Shown: piece after piece, positions 1-11,622 of the stretch
Layout: each line of letters starts with the position of its first letter
Numbering within the stretch: the stretch's first letter is position 1
Source: Hyaloraphidium curvatum SAG 235-1
Lineage: Eukaryota; Fungi; Monoblepharomycota
DNA: 64,000 nt
Assembly: GCA_025558095.1 (NCBI GenBank)
Contig: JAIVFI010000013.1
Span: forward strand, 434,001 to 498,000
Reading direction: 5' to 3'
Made by a program: the position numbers and the translations under genes
Notes under the pieces: generated by a model
What the model was told of the DNA's origin: nothing
Seen by the model: the letters and a program-made list of their open reading frames with translations, nothing else
The model's database searches: none

Positions 1-1150
1 AGCGTTTTGTCGATTCGTCGGACGACGACAACGATGATACGGTGCCTGCGATGCGCACACCGCCGGCACCTGAACGGAGGGTGTTTGTGGACCGGGAGCT
101 CTTACGTGCTGCCGAAGAACTTCGATCGCGGGGCAACGAGCTTTTTCGAGCGGGGCGCTTTGCCGAGTCGGAAGTTTTGTATTCGGACGCCATAGGATTG
201 CTTCCGAAGGGCGCGTCGGAACTCCTCAATCTCCACAACAACCGAGCCGTTGCTCGATACAAGATGGGAGAGTATCTGCTGTGTACAGAGGACTGCACGC
301 AGGCGCAGATTTTGGAGCCTGGGGAGTCCAAGAGCCTTCTGCGACGAGCCATGGCATGGGAAGGACTGGAGAAGTGGTCCCGAGCCATTGCTGATTACAA
401 TCAGCTCTTGTCGTCGCAACCTGGTCTTTCTGGGGCAGTGCAAGGTCTTTCCCGATGCCGGAAGGCGGAGTATCTGGCATCAGGACCGTCCAATGATTCA
501 CAGGAGCCTCGGACACCAGTCGCACAGCACAGAGAACGGGCTCCTTCCCGCTCCCGAACACCGACGGAGATCGCTAGTGCGGATCCTTTTGCCGGTTTTG
601 AACCCCATTTCCAATCCCGTTCCGGTGCTTCGACCCCGGGTCGGCCGCAGGCTTTGGACGACTTGGCAGCGATGGTTTCGCCGGCGGTCGAAAGGTTGAA
701 ACTGGAGGAAGCGTCTGCTGCGTTGCGCGAGGCCGAGCAGAGTACTTTGAAGGACGCCGTTGATAGCAAGGTGAGGAACCTCTCCGCCGCGGGTTTTCAA
801 AGCACACGCAATGACGCATGTTTCTCACCAGATTGCCGCGTGGCTCGGAAAGCGTGAGAACAACATCCGCGCACTTCTCTCTTCGCTCGATCAGGTTCTG
901 TGGCCGGAACTGGGAGTCCAAAACAGCGCATTGTCTGATTTAATGACTCCGGCGCAAGTGAAGAAGCACTACATGCGGGTCATAACGAGGACACACCCGG
1001 ACAAGGTGAGCAGCTCTTCCACACCGGGCGGAGCTGTCATATAACCCTTCCGTGCACCAGATCCACCCGGACGAGTCCACGGAGCGCAAGATGATTGCCT
1101 CTGCGGTGTTCGCGGCGCTCAATGGAGCCTATGCAAGTTTTGACCAGTAG
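1..1150 (+). CDS. SWA2: Auxilin-like clathrin uncoating co-chaperone (TPR + C-terminal J domain), 5' partial
   Basis: TPR repeats (AEELRSRGNELFRAG..., NNRAVARYKMG, KSLLRRAMAWEGLEKW). After intron 771-831: IAAWLGKRENNIRALLSSL...VKKHYMRVITRTHPDK (HPD motif). Intron 1006-1060; last exon ends IASAVFAALNGAYASFDQ* at 1150. Confidence 0.9.
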
Positions 1151-1165
1151 ACTTGGCTGGCATCC

Positions 1166-1624
1166 TCATGCCTTTCCGCCCCATGGAGTGATGAACGCCG
1201 TCGGAGGCGTGCGAGTGATGACCCGCTGGTACTTGGTTTCCCGCTTTCCCGACATGGCGCGAAGGTCGAAGAACGCCTTCCGGATGTCCGCAAAGTCCAG
1301 TCCTTTCAGCTGGCGCTGGCGCGTCAGCCCGCCGATGTACTCGGCGACCAGCATTGGCGCCGAGTTCGGAGTCGCCTGCACGCAGAACTCGATGCTGGGA
1401 TTCGCGCGAGCAACGTTTGGTAGCTCCCGCTTCACAAAGTCCACGACGTGCCGCGCCGCCAGTCCCGTGCCCTTCCGCGGGTGCGTGTACAGGATGGTCA
1501 TCTTGGTGCAGGGCACCACGAAACCTCCAACGCCATTCTGCTCCTGCGCGATGATCCTCTTTGCCCGTGGAATGATGCCAAGCTTCTTCGCCAGGTTAAC
1601 GGCAGCTCGCGGTCCCAGGCTCAT
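1166..1624 (-). CDS. MRPL51: Mitochondrial ribosomal protein mL43 (yeast Mrpl51-like)
   Basis: Intronless ORF from ATG 1624. QNGVGGFVVPCTKMTILY...FVKRELPNVARANPSIEF...PMLVAEYIGG matches the L51/S25/CI-B8 family pattern. Confidence 0.85.
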   Translation of the reverse strand: MSLGPRAAVNLAKKLGIIPRAKRIIAQEQNGVGGFVVPCTKMTILYTHPRKGTGLAARHVVDFVKRELPNVARANPSIEFCVQATPNSAPMLVAEYIGGLTRQRQLKGLDFADIRKAFFDLRAMSGKRETKYQRVITRTPPTAFITPWGGKA

Positions 1625-1928
1625 CGCGAAGTGTCCTCGGGCCGGGAAAGTGAGGGCCTCTTTGCGCGCGAGGCGCGGAGTTTTCTCTGCGTGCAAAAGG
1701 GTCGATTGGACCAGGATCGAAAGGGACGTCGCTCTTGGACGACGCGGCGTCGATCTGCGTCGATCACGAATCTGCACCAGACCCTCGAACTTCGCCGGGT
1801 CAAACCGGCGCAGCGTCGCAGCAAGTGCCGCCGCACGTGCCGGTGGGCGCGGCGGACGCGCTCGGCCGGGGACCTTGTGTGGGAGCGGCACCCCGGGTCT
1901 CGAGGGGCCCCGCGGTGTTCCTCGTGGA

Positions 1929-3645
1929 ATGCCCCTCGCCGAGCTCGGCAGGCTCGGCGGCAGCGTTGGCTACGACGTTGTTTACGGGGATGCCGGGCCC
2001 ATTGTTTCCTGGAGCTGTTTGTGGAGCCGGACGGTGGACCTCGCGGCGGCGGCGAGTCCGAGGCACTTCCTCGGCTTCGAGTGCCTGTTTGGCGGCAGGC
2101 GGCGCCGCATGCATCTCGCAAGGAACATATTCTCTAGGATTGCGCGGCTGGATCCGCCCTTGGAGGCCGCTGTACAGGGTTCGCTGCCGGCCCCCGCCGC
2201 GGCGCTGGTTGTCGGCCCCCACGCTCTCTGCTGGGCGAGGACTGGCCAGGAAATCAGGGGTAGCATCAAACATCCATGAGGTCTCTGTTTTCATGCATAA
2301 GCGGACGCCGACGTCCACCTTTCGGAGCGCTGCCAACGAGGCCAACGACGGCTTAACACGAGACCCGAATGGGCGCCGGGCGCGCACCGGGACAGGCGCT
2401 TGGGTTTCGGATGTGGACAAGATCCCGGAGCAGCTCTCCAGGAACTGGAGCAACTTCCCCGACGATACAATCGTCGCCGCCATCGACTACGGCTTCAACA
2501 ACGTCGTGACTTGCGGGCGCACAACGCTGGGCCAGATCAGGGCTGCGGAGAACATCTACGTCTACGACAAGAATCCCCTCGACAATCCTCTGCTGTATGA
2601 AGTGGAGGAGATCGTAGCGTGCGAAGTGGACGGCGTCGTCGTGGACCTCGACGGGAGGCCATTGCTCGAACTGTTCGGCGGCACGGTGGTCACCGACGAT
2701 CCGATGCCGCTGGTCGACGACGATCATGTGATGCGGGTCGACGGGGAGGACATCATGATGGAACCCGCCGATCGAACGTGGCTTGCCAGCGACGTAGCGG
2801 AGAAGCTGGTGGACGGCCGCAGGGTCTACGTCCGCAAGGTCAACAAGGGCGACGTGCGCCTCGACTTCTTCACCGTCACGGCTGCAAACGTGAAGAAGCA
2901 TACGGGTGCTGCGCGCCGCGAAAAGGAGACCGCGGAACGATTCGAACAGGTCTTTGGCTGCAAGGACCCGTTCGCCAGTCTTGGGTCTCCGCGCACGTGT
3001 GATGTTCCGAGGCTCAAGGCCTATCTGTGCACCTTGTTTGACAGGGCGGACAGAGTTTGGACAGTGACGCTTGGATCGGACATCGTCCGACTTCGCTTCC
3101 TGAGCTATATCGATAGCCAGCGGTTTTACGGGAACACGCTTGCAGCCTGGGTAGTGGGTGGAAAGGAAAACCTGAGCAAGTCGGTGTGGCTGTTCTCAGG
3201 TGCGGCGGGCCTCGTCTTCAAGAACCGCAAGGGGAACCAGCCGGTCTCCGTCCGGAAGTGCCGCAAAAGCCTATCCTTCGCCCTCAACCCCGGGATAGGG
3301 CAGTTCAACCTGGACACGGGCGGAGAGTACTCGTCTCAGGTCCATGCAGCGGCGCACTTGTGGGAGCACCCTGAGAGATCACTCGTCTGCATCAACCATG
3401 CGGAGGAAAGTCCGGACAAACGGCCACGCGGCCTCCAACGTTGCGAAGGAACAAGGTGTGGGTAACGGCTTGTGCTCTTGCTATTGTGCCAGCATGCGAG
3501 CTCATCATTGCTTGCAGACTCCTGTGGCGCGCACGTGGCTCGGGACAAGAACTCGGCGAAGGATGTCATGGGCATCGGGCTCAGCAACGTGGTATTCGGC
3601 ACGCGGCCTACGGTCTTTACCTATGAATTCTGGCGAAAGCGTTAA
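1929..3645 (+). CDS. Fanzor1/TnpB-like RuvC RNA-guided nuclease, probably degenerate (apparent frameshift near 2270, intron ~3458/3462-3517)
   Basis: RuvC-I IVAAIDYGFNNVVT (D 2485). Bridge region LRFLSYIDSQRFY and G..G..FKNRKGNQPVS. RuvC-II-like GGEYSSQV (E 3325). Zn-finger half LQRCEGTRCG. After the intron, RuvC-III ARDKNSAKDVMGIG...GTRPTVF (D 3544), which resembles the RDxNAA..I...GxRP..F end of Fanzor1. Confidence 0.75.
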
Positions 3646-3852
3646 AGGCAATCAAGGCGATCGACTTAGCGAGGATGAAGGCCCATCTGAGCCTACCATG
3701 CGAGGAAGCCGGCGGAGTTCTTTCCCCGGATTCGAGATAGACAGAAATGAAGAGTAGTAGTGATTTCCGTCATTCTAGCTAAGCAGAACAGACTGTCCGG
3801 ATTGTGTCCGGAGGCTTTGTGGCGCCGCTTACGTGGCGTTCGGCGCGACTAG
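3646..3852 (+). ncRNA. Candidate omegaRNA/fRNA scaffold region of the Fanzor
   Basis: Lies between the Fanzor stop and the element end. Complementary segments: CTTAGC(3665)/GCTAAG(3778), AGAAATGA/TCATTCT, TCCGGA-TTGTG-TCCGGA, GCGCCG/CGGCGC. Confidence 0.35.
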
Positions 3853-4329
3853 TCACAAAAGGGCAGCGGGTCCCTCTCATCACCAAACGTCTCCTGCCCC
3901 GTGCGCTCACCAGCATAGAGCCATGAGGGCCCGCAAGAAGCGCAAGAAATCTTCTCCCGTCGCGCTCTCCCCGTTGAGGGCGCTGTCCTGGTGAGCGGAG
4001 CCGCGGGGCCGGGCCCGGACGCCCACCTGACCTGCCCGTTGCCTTCCTCCCTTACACGACCCTTCGCCCTATTGCTCTGTCCCGGCAGCGCTGCACCGTC
4101 AAGCGCAGGAGCCGCATCCACGACGGCCATGCTCTCGGCTCACCGAGAGAGGTATGGATCTCGGAGGCGGCGCAACCCCTACAGCATGCTGATCTTCTCT
4201 CCTCGGCCTCCCGTGCGCTCAGCATTCATTTTCGCTTCTTTCTTTCTTTCGTTTTCCCGGGGATACATCAAGACCGAGCCGAGACGCGCGGGGGGGCCGC
4301 GCGCCGGGGGTTGAAGACCGCCGAACGCT

Positions 4330-4560
4330 TTCGAACTGGACTTCTCGTGCATCCTTTGCACCCCTCGGCGCAGCGCGCATCTGCCGCTTTGCAGCTCGAT
4401 CAAGGTCACCGAGACAACATGCTCAGCATCCCGACCCCGTGGGCCTCCAACGTTGCCATGAAACAACGTGTGGGTGATGGCCAATGGCTCGCGCGAGCTC
4501 GCGAACTCATCGTCCCCCTTGGCAGACTGCTGTGGAACCGTTGAAAACAGTAGCCAGAAA
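4330..4560 (+). pseudogene. Decayed second copy of the Fanzor C-terminal region
   Basis: 4432-4481 aligns with 3421-3469 (RPRGLQRCHETTCG vs RPRGLQRCEGTRCG, one indel). Intron in the same position (4474-4525), then LLWNR. Upstream FELD..SAHL corresponds to FNLD..AAHL. Confidence 0.7.
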
Positions 4561-5732
4561 ACTGGTAGCGGCGTGGAGGTCGACGTACTGATCTCGGATT
4601 GAGGTCCCTGGGAGTACGGATCTCCAATGTAGCCGCGCCATCGAACTTCGTTCTCCTACACCCTTTCGGAAACCAAGAACTTTGTCCGAGTCTTGTCTTT
4701 GATATTTGTGATGCTGCTAACGTACAACTCTACAGATGGATGATGGAAACGGAGATGGAGCCGCTGGTCAGCGCTTCCTCGTCTCGATCAGCCTTGCTAG
4801 GGCGATTTGTTGGCCCTGGGCGCGAATGGCAATACTCAACTTTGCTCCTATATGTCGAGGACACGAGGGTGCTGCCGCCACAGGTTTTGCGGTACGGAGT
4901 CGCGAGATCAGTCTGGTCGCACCCACTAGACCTTGAAATGACGTCCCACGCATGTAACGGTCCCTACCGCGCGTCGGAGCCACCTTGATCCGCATATCGA
5001 GCTTGATCTGGTGCCCTGTCAGCAGCGAAGGAGGTTGTGTGAGCATGTTTTTGGCCAGATCTTGTCCGACTAAGGCCTGGTCGGCCCCGTGACCGCGTTG
5101 GAACGCTCATTCAATTTCATCTTTCCGCTACTGCTTTCCCAGTGGTGATTCGCTGGCCAGCGCGACGTTGTCCGAGGAAATGGAGGCTGGCGAGCAGCTT
5201 TTCAAACCAAGCCCGTGATAGTGGCAGATCTAGTCCCCAGTGCGCCGCTGCCCCTCAGGCTGTTGACTCCGAGGTAAAAGTCCGCGCGAGAGGATAAGGC
5301 GGGGCATGGATACACGTGACTCGGCACGGTGCTCAAGGTGGTGCTTTGTGGCGATGCTTCGCCTCACTCTCCCTCCTCCTCGGCGCCTGCCTGGCGTTTG
5401 GAAATCTTCAGATCTTTGCAACGCAAGGCTGTAAGCAACGGAGGCGGTTGGGGAGAGCAGGAAGCGCCGGTCGCCCGACAGCTTGAGGTCCGCGTCGAGG
5501 CGACGTCCCAGCTGCCTCCTCTTCCTGCATCGCGCCTGCCTAGCGTTCTGGAGGTCTCGAAACCTCGTGATCTCTGATTATGAGCTTTGAGGAGGGGCTG
5601 AAGAGGACGGGGAGAGCCCGGAGAACGGTTTTGTTTGGTTATTAGTCAGAGTGGACAGTTTTTGCCTCCGACTACACCTTTCGATTCCGAAAGGTATATG
5701 CAAATCATCTGTCAGCAACTGGCGGATCCAGT

Positions 5733-7880
5733 ATGACGGGCGACGGCGCGACGTCGTTGGCGGAAGCCTATGACACCATCCTCATTTTGGACTTCGGATC
5801 CCAGTGAGTTCGGGCGGACGGGAGCATCGAAGTCGTTCTGGCCTCCTCGCCTTTCCACCCCATGATTCGACGGTTCGAAACTTATACGGCAATTCTCCTT
5901 GTTTCAGATATTCGCACCTTATTACGAGACGGATCAGAGAGCTGGGCGTCTACTGCGAGATGCAGGCGTGCACCTTCAAGCTCGCGGACTTGAAGTTCAA
6001 GCCGAAAGGCAAGTCGTAACGGCCTTGTTCCGGACCCAACCTCATGCTTGAGGCGTTTGGACAGGCATCATCCTGTCTGGAGGTCCTTCGTCTGTCTACG
6101 ACGCCGACGCCCCTCATGTGGATAAGGCGGTGTGGTCCCTGGGCGTTCCCATACTCGGAATCTGCTACGGCTTGCAGGTAGCGTTCCAGCGTGCTTTCAC
6201 CGAATTGCCCTAATGACTCTTCTGCGGCGACCAAGGAAATGGCTTGGTCGCTAGGTGGAGAGGTTGTTCCGTGCGACCATCGTGAATACGGCCACGCGAA
6301 CCTGACCGTGGAGCTGGCCGGGAGCCAGCTTTTTGCGGACGTGCCGCACGAGATTGCTGTTTGGATGAGCCACGGGGATCAGCTTCGGAGCCTGCCGGAT
6401 GGGTTCGAGATGATTGCGAGGACTCCCACTGCTCCCCTTGCCGCAATCATGAATCCTGCGCGGAAGTTCTACGGACTGCAGTTCCACCCCGAGGTCACGC
6501 ACACTCCGCAGGGGACAGCGTTGCTGAAGAACTTCGTGATCCGCATCTGCGAGTGCGCAGCGAGCTGGACAATGTCGTCCTTCATCGATAAGGAGATCGA
6601 CAGGATCAGGAGCTTAGTTGGTCCCAGTGGCCAAGTGATTGGAGCAGTTAGCGGTGGTGTGGATAGCACCGTCGCCGCCGCCCTCATGAACAAGGCCATT
6701 GGAGATCGGTGCGCGCTCTGCATGTGGTACGAGCGTCACAAATGGTCTGACGCGCAGCTAGCTTCCACGCCATTCTCGTGGATAACGGGGTGATGCGCCT
6801 CAACGAGTGTGCGACAGTGAAGGCCACGCTGCAGGAGAAACTGGGGATCAATTTGACGGTGGCCGATGCTGCCGATCTGTTTCTCGGACGCCTGAAGGGC
6901 GTTACCGACCCCGAGAAGAAGCGCAAGATCATCGGGAACACTTTCATTGAGGTGTTCGAGGCAGAGGCTGACAGAATCGAGAAAGAGGTCGAGCACAGCG
7001 GAAAGGGCAAGATCGAATTCCTGCTCCAGGGCACGCTATATCCGGACGTGATCGAATCGATCTCGTTCAAGGGACCTTCGGCTACCATCAAGACGCACCA
7101 CGTGGGTTCCCTTCGTAGCGTGCGTTTCGCAGCGCCTGACTGCCCGGCAGAACGTCGGAGGTTTGCTTGACAACATGAAGCTCAAGCTAATCGAGCCCCT
7201 TCGAGAGCTGTTCAAGGGTATGAGGAGGATGTTCAACCGATCGTGTCACTGGCTGATCCTCGCTTGACTGCTTCAGACGAAGTCCGAGCCCTAGGCGAGT
7301 TGATGGCTTTGGACCCCGAATTGGTATGGCGGCATCCTTTCCCTGGCCCAGGGATCGCAATCCGGATCCTGGGTGAAGTCAACCCCGAGCAAGTAGAGAT
7401 TGCACGGAAAGCGGACCACATCTACATCGAGGAGATCAAGAAAGCGGGGCTCTATCGGAAAACTTCTCAGGGTAACTAAGTTGGTTGCTGTGCCAGACGA
7501 CCTCCTCACCACAACGCCTCCCTCCCACCCGCCAACCACAGCGTTCGCCGTTCTTTTGCCTGTCAAGGCGGTGGGCGTTATGGGCGACCAACGCACGTAT
7601 GAGCAAGTGGGCATCTTGGTGGGATATCGAGGGTCCCTGCTTACGGCCGATCCCCAGATCATCGCGCTTCGGGCCGTGGAGACCACAGACTTCATGACCG
7701 CGGACTGGTATCCCATGCCCTACGATGTCCTGAAACGGATCAGTAGCCGCATCATCAACGAAGTCCGGGGCGTAAACCGGGTGGTGTACGACGTCTCATC
7801 CAAGCCTCCAGCGAGTGGGTATGATCGTCGCCGCCTTGGTTCCTCGATCTCACTCTACCGCAGCAATCGAGTTCGAGTGA
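5733..7880 (+). CDS. GUA1: GMP synthase (glutamine-hydrolysing), multi-exon
   Basis: [90 protein letters not shown]. Confidence 0.97.
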
Positions 7881-7918
7881 CGTAGAATCGGATCTGTATA
7901 CCCCTTGATACCCTACAT

Positions 7919-10327
7919 TCACTTCCGTGATTGGCCATCGGCCGCCTCGGTATCTGCCTCCTGGTCGTCAGTGAGCTGGTGCCTATGGGGTCCACGATCA
8001 GATGACATGGGTTTAGACGCAAAAAGACACCCTCACCACTCCCCGCGCGCCTCCGTGTCCTCTTCATCTTTTCTTCGACCCCGATAAAACAGGTATCCTG
8101 TCGCGAGGTGAGCCAAAATGAAACAGGAGCAAAACCGACGGAACCAACCCGCAACCGCGGCAAAGATGCAGACCACAACCAGCACGACGCCCCCGCTACC
8201 GAAAAGTTAGTGCCGCGGCAGAGGCGAGGCAGAGGCCAGACTCACGCAACGTAGTAGCGTTTGGCTGTCGTAGAGCCGGTCTTTGGCGCGGTGGCAGTCT
8301 GCGTGCCACTAGCACCACTGCATGGCTGCGCTGCACCCGACGGTGCAGCAGAGGTGCCGGTTGGAACACCAATGAAGCTGTTGATCAGCTCGAGCATGGC
8401 AACGGGCTTGTCCACTGCCACCATGTGGCTCGCATCAAAGATGACCGCGTACGTTAGATTCCGCTCCGTCTGGAGGGTCCCTGTTGGGACGCCGTCAATC
8501 GACCAGTCCGTCCTTCCGGACTTGTTCTGTTTCTCCACAATGAGCAAACGAAGTCCCGTGCCCACAGCGCAACCTCACTTGGAAACCGGTCGCACCGCCC
8601 CATTCCAAAGCATCAATCATCAACTCCGTGCCCATATGATTGCAAATCAGATCCTTGTCTCCGCTGCGCAGCGGCGTCAACCGACGAGCCCATGCATCAT
8701 GACGCTGCCGTACCTGAAAAGCAGTACCGGCATGTTGGCGAGGATCTTTGGCAAGTGAACGTAGGATGGGGCGCTTTTGTCCCTGTCTAGGGCCGAAGCA
8801 ACAGACTCGTCGCACTCTGACCATGAGCCCCGCTGTGGAGCCCGGTCTGCGTGCAAGGCACCCTTCACATCCTCCCTCTAGATCGTGGATCAGAAGCGTC
8901 ACGTGGCAAGCAAAATTGCGTGCACCTACCGAAAGGAAGCGTTTCATCTCGTCCAGCCTCGGAGGCCAGTCAAAGAGACCGCACCCGCCGTTGGGCACCG
9001 TGTCGCGAAGCCTGACGTCGTACATGTTGATGCACATCTGGCCGCTGCGGAGGCGGTTACGTATGCAGTCCAAATCGGCCGCGGATGAACAAACCCCGTG
9101 CGCGAAAAGTTAATTATCTCGTCAAGAATACTCTCGCAGCTCGGATATCTGATCCTCGGGCCGTACTTTTCGTACATGTTCGCACACTCGGCTTGGTGAC
9201 GCAAGGCCGATGCCTTGTACTCGCCCCCGATGAGGCCGTACTTTTCTGCAAACGGGACGTACCCGTTGTACTGTCCGCCAGAGCCTTAGAGTTCGAACCC
9301 GGCAGCTTCACGCTCCTCCGGCGGTACGAACCTGTCGCTGGGGGTCGATCCAACCGTTCCCAATGGCGACTCCCTTCAAGTTGAACTGGAGCAACGCAAA
9401 GCTTCAGGCCTCCACAGCGCACGACAGGCCACGCGGCTCCCACCTGAACCTTCGCCCCGGCCTCGTTCTTCTTGAGAATGCCGTTGACGATGTATGGAAT
9501 GTAGATGCCGGCGAAGCTCTCTCCGGCAAAGTAAAGCTGCCGCGACGATGCTCCACGTCAGCAGAATACAAAGCAGCGCGGGCCGGCTTACGTCGCTCCG
9601 CAAGTACTCTGGGAAGGCCGCCATGAAATTTACGAGGAAGTTGTAGAACTCGGTCGCAACCTGGCGCAGAGCTCTGAGGAACTGCCAAGCAAGCGGCAAA
9701 GTTTCCCCCACCTCTTCTTCGGTGTGCATGTAAGCCGGAGGGTCGGCGTAGCTGTACCCGACCCCGACCGGCTGATCGACTGCGAAAGGCCGCGTTGGCA
9801 GGGCACGGCACATCGGGCCGACACAGCCCCACCGAACAAAAGATTGGCATACTGCGTCCAACTGTACGGGTTGTCCCGGACTTCCAGGGTGCCATTCACG
9901 TCGTATATCTGGTACGGGCCAATCTCGAGGAACATCCCGTCCATGCTGCTGCAGCCCGGGCCTCCGTTGAGCCATATCACCAGCTTATCCTTCGGCTGGC
10001 GGTGATCCGTTGCGACGAGCCAGAAGAACAGGTTGCTCTTGCTCGCCTCGTCCACAATCATGTGCCTGGTCGCGGGGCGCTCTACCGCGGTTCGACGCGG
10101 AAGGCCAGCTCCACCCACCCGGCCCAATGCCGGTAACGGTCATTCTGAGCTGCTGTTGTCCCCGGAAGCGAAGCGATGTAGTAGTCCCTGGCTTTGGGCG
10201 GGCTCGTATCCTGCCTCCCGGAAATGTCGACCAGGTGCTGCCCACCGAGACCGGGCCCCGCATCGCAAGGGGCAAGGCAGCCGAGCAGAAGCCATGCGGC
10301 CGCTGCTCCGTAAAGGACAGCTCTCAT
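7919..10327 (-). CDS. KEX1: Serine carboxypeptidase S10 with signal peptide and C-terminal TM (Kex1-like), multi-exon
   Basis: Signal peptide MRAVLYGAAAAWLLL. WLNGGPGCSSMDG, GESFAG nucleophile motif, GNGWIDP, GDKDLICN, DASHMV. Ser/Thr stalk, TM segment and acidic cytosolic tail. Confidence 0.88.
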
Positions 10328-10418
10328 CGCCTCGGACGGAGCTGACCGAACATGTTGGACATGCGCGACGGCCTCACGCTGACGTGCCCCACCGGAGCAC
10401 AAACGAGAATCACTCCAA

Positions 10419-11542
10419 CTATATTCGCGTCCACATCCGTGCAGCCAGCCCGAATGCGATCGCGGCCACGACATATCGTACCGTGCCTGCGCCGCTGACA
10501 GTTCTGTCCGGAGGTTCAGGCTGGGCAAGATCGGGCCGCGCGGCGGCTTGATCGCCCCGCGGTGCGATCCGTTTCGTCGCTGCAAGATCGTCCCCCGGCG
10601 GACGGACGCTGCCGTTGGGAAAGTCGGTATCTCTACCCCCGTCTCCCTCAGAGACCGGATTTTGCGCGTCGCCGAGGCGCGAATCCTGGCTGACAAAATC
10701 GCTAGGCGAGGACGCCTCAACCGGCTGCCAAATCCTCAGCAAACGCGCCGACGGGGGAGAACAGCGGCTTACCCGAGCCGCATCCGCAGCAAGCAGCATA
10801 TCGTCGACGTGGGTGACGAGCTGGGATATGGCGTCCTTTGCCCGGCGGCTTTCCGCTAGCAGGCCGTCAAGCGTGGCAAGAAGGCTTGCCAGAGCCGTCC
10901 GATTCGATTCCCTGGAGAAAGATCGGTGAGAACGCGCGATGCATGGCACGGTCCGAGGCTGTACCCTGCAAGCAACAGAGTGCGCGAATCCGCGCCAGGC
11001 CTGCCAGACAGCACGACCCTGCAAGAGACCCTGCTGTACAGGACTGGAATTCCATTCGTCACAAGCCTTCCATCTCGTCCCAAGCGGGTTACTTGCTTTC
11101 GTTGTCGTCCTTCAGGATGTCGACCCCAAAGTCGATCTTGTCCTCGTTGTTCAGCGGATGCTTTTCCGACGTCATCCCCTCGTCGCTCAAACGAACGCCG
11201 TTGACAAAGGTTCCACTGCACAATGCGGAGGCTCTAGCCAGGCCCTCGCTTCCAGGCCGTCGAGTGAGCCGCACTTTGAGCTCCCGAGATCCTGCACATA
11301 GAAGGTCCCATCTTCCAGCCGGCCCATCTCTGCATGATTTCGCGACAGGACTTTGCTCTCAAAGAGCCCGTTGGTGACTTCGGGTGACACCTTCTGCGAC
11401 ACCTTCCTGCGCGGAGCCGTCGATACCCGAGGCAGGGCTGTTCCGCGCCCACGCACCTCCCGATCTTGACCGGGGACGCGACATTGAGGACTTTGCGCTC
11501 AAAGCTCGCATTCAAAGGTTCCAAGACAAGAACAGGGTCCAT
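10419..11542 (-). CDS. FHA-domain, tail-anchored protein (Vps64/Far9/Far10/SLMAP-like, STRIPAK/FAR)
   Basis: VKIGR...NGLFESKVLSRNHAE...QDLGSSNGTFVNGVRLS...IDFGVDI FHA of the SLMAP type. Coiled coil and C-terminal hydrophobic YVVAAIAFGLAARMW. Confidence 0.8.
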
Positions 11543-11622
11543 CTTCAACCCAGTCGCGTGAGGAGTAATGGGGGGTGGCCGGGTTCTGGGACGCGCGATC
11601 CCCGAACACTTCTTCGCTCGCT

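Larger units (their letters stand above)
1929..3852 (+). mobile_element. Putative non-autonomous Helitron-like element carrying the Fanzor gene (5' end not located; start is nominal)
   Basis: 3' end signature: hairpin CGCCGC-TTAC-GTGGCG (3823-3838), 10 nt spacer, CTAG (3849-3852), then T. No RepHel gene in the window. Confidence 0.5.

Noticed and set aside
1740-1780. 5' A|TC end of the putative Helitron
   Set aside because: Several ATC candidates; cannot choose one without other copies.
1735-2292. N-terminal part of the 576-aa ORF 1735-3465 as true coding sequence
   Set aside because: TTG start and low-complexity translation. The overlapping frame from 1929 looks more protein-like, and eukaryotic genes here use ATG.
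4599-5600. Short ORFs between the Fanzor remnant and GUA1
   Set aside because: No recognisable motif or consistent exon structure; possibly element debris.
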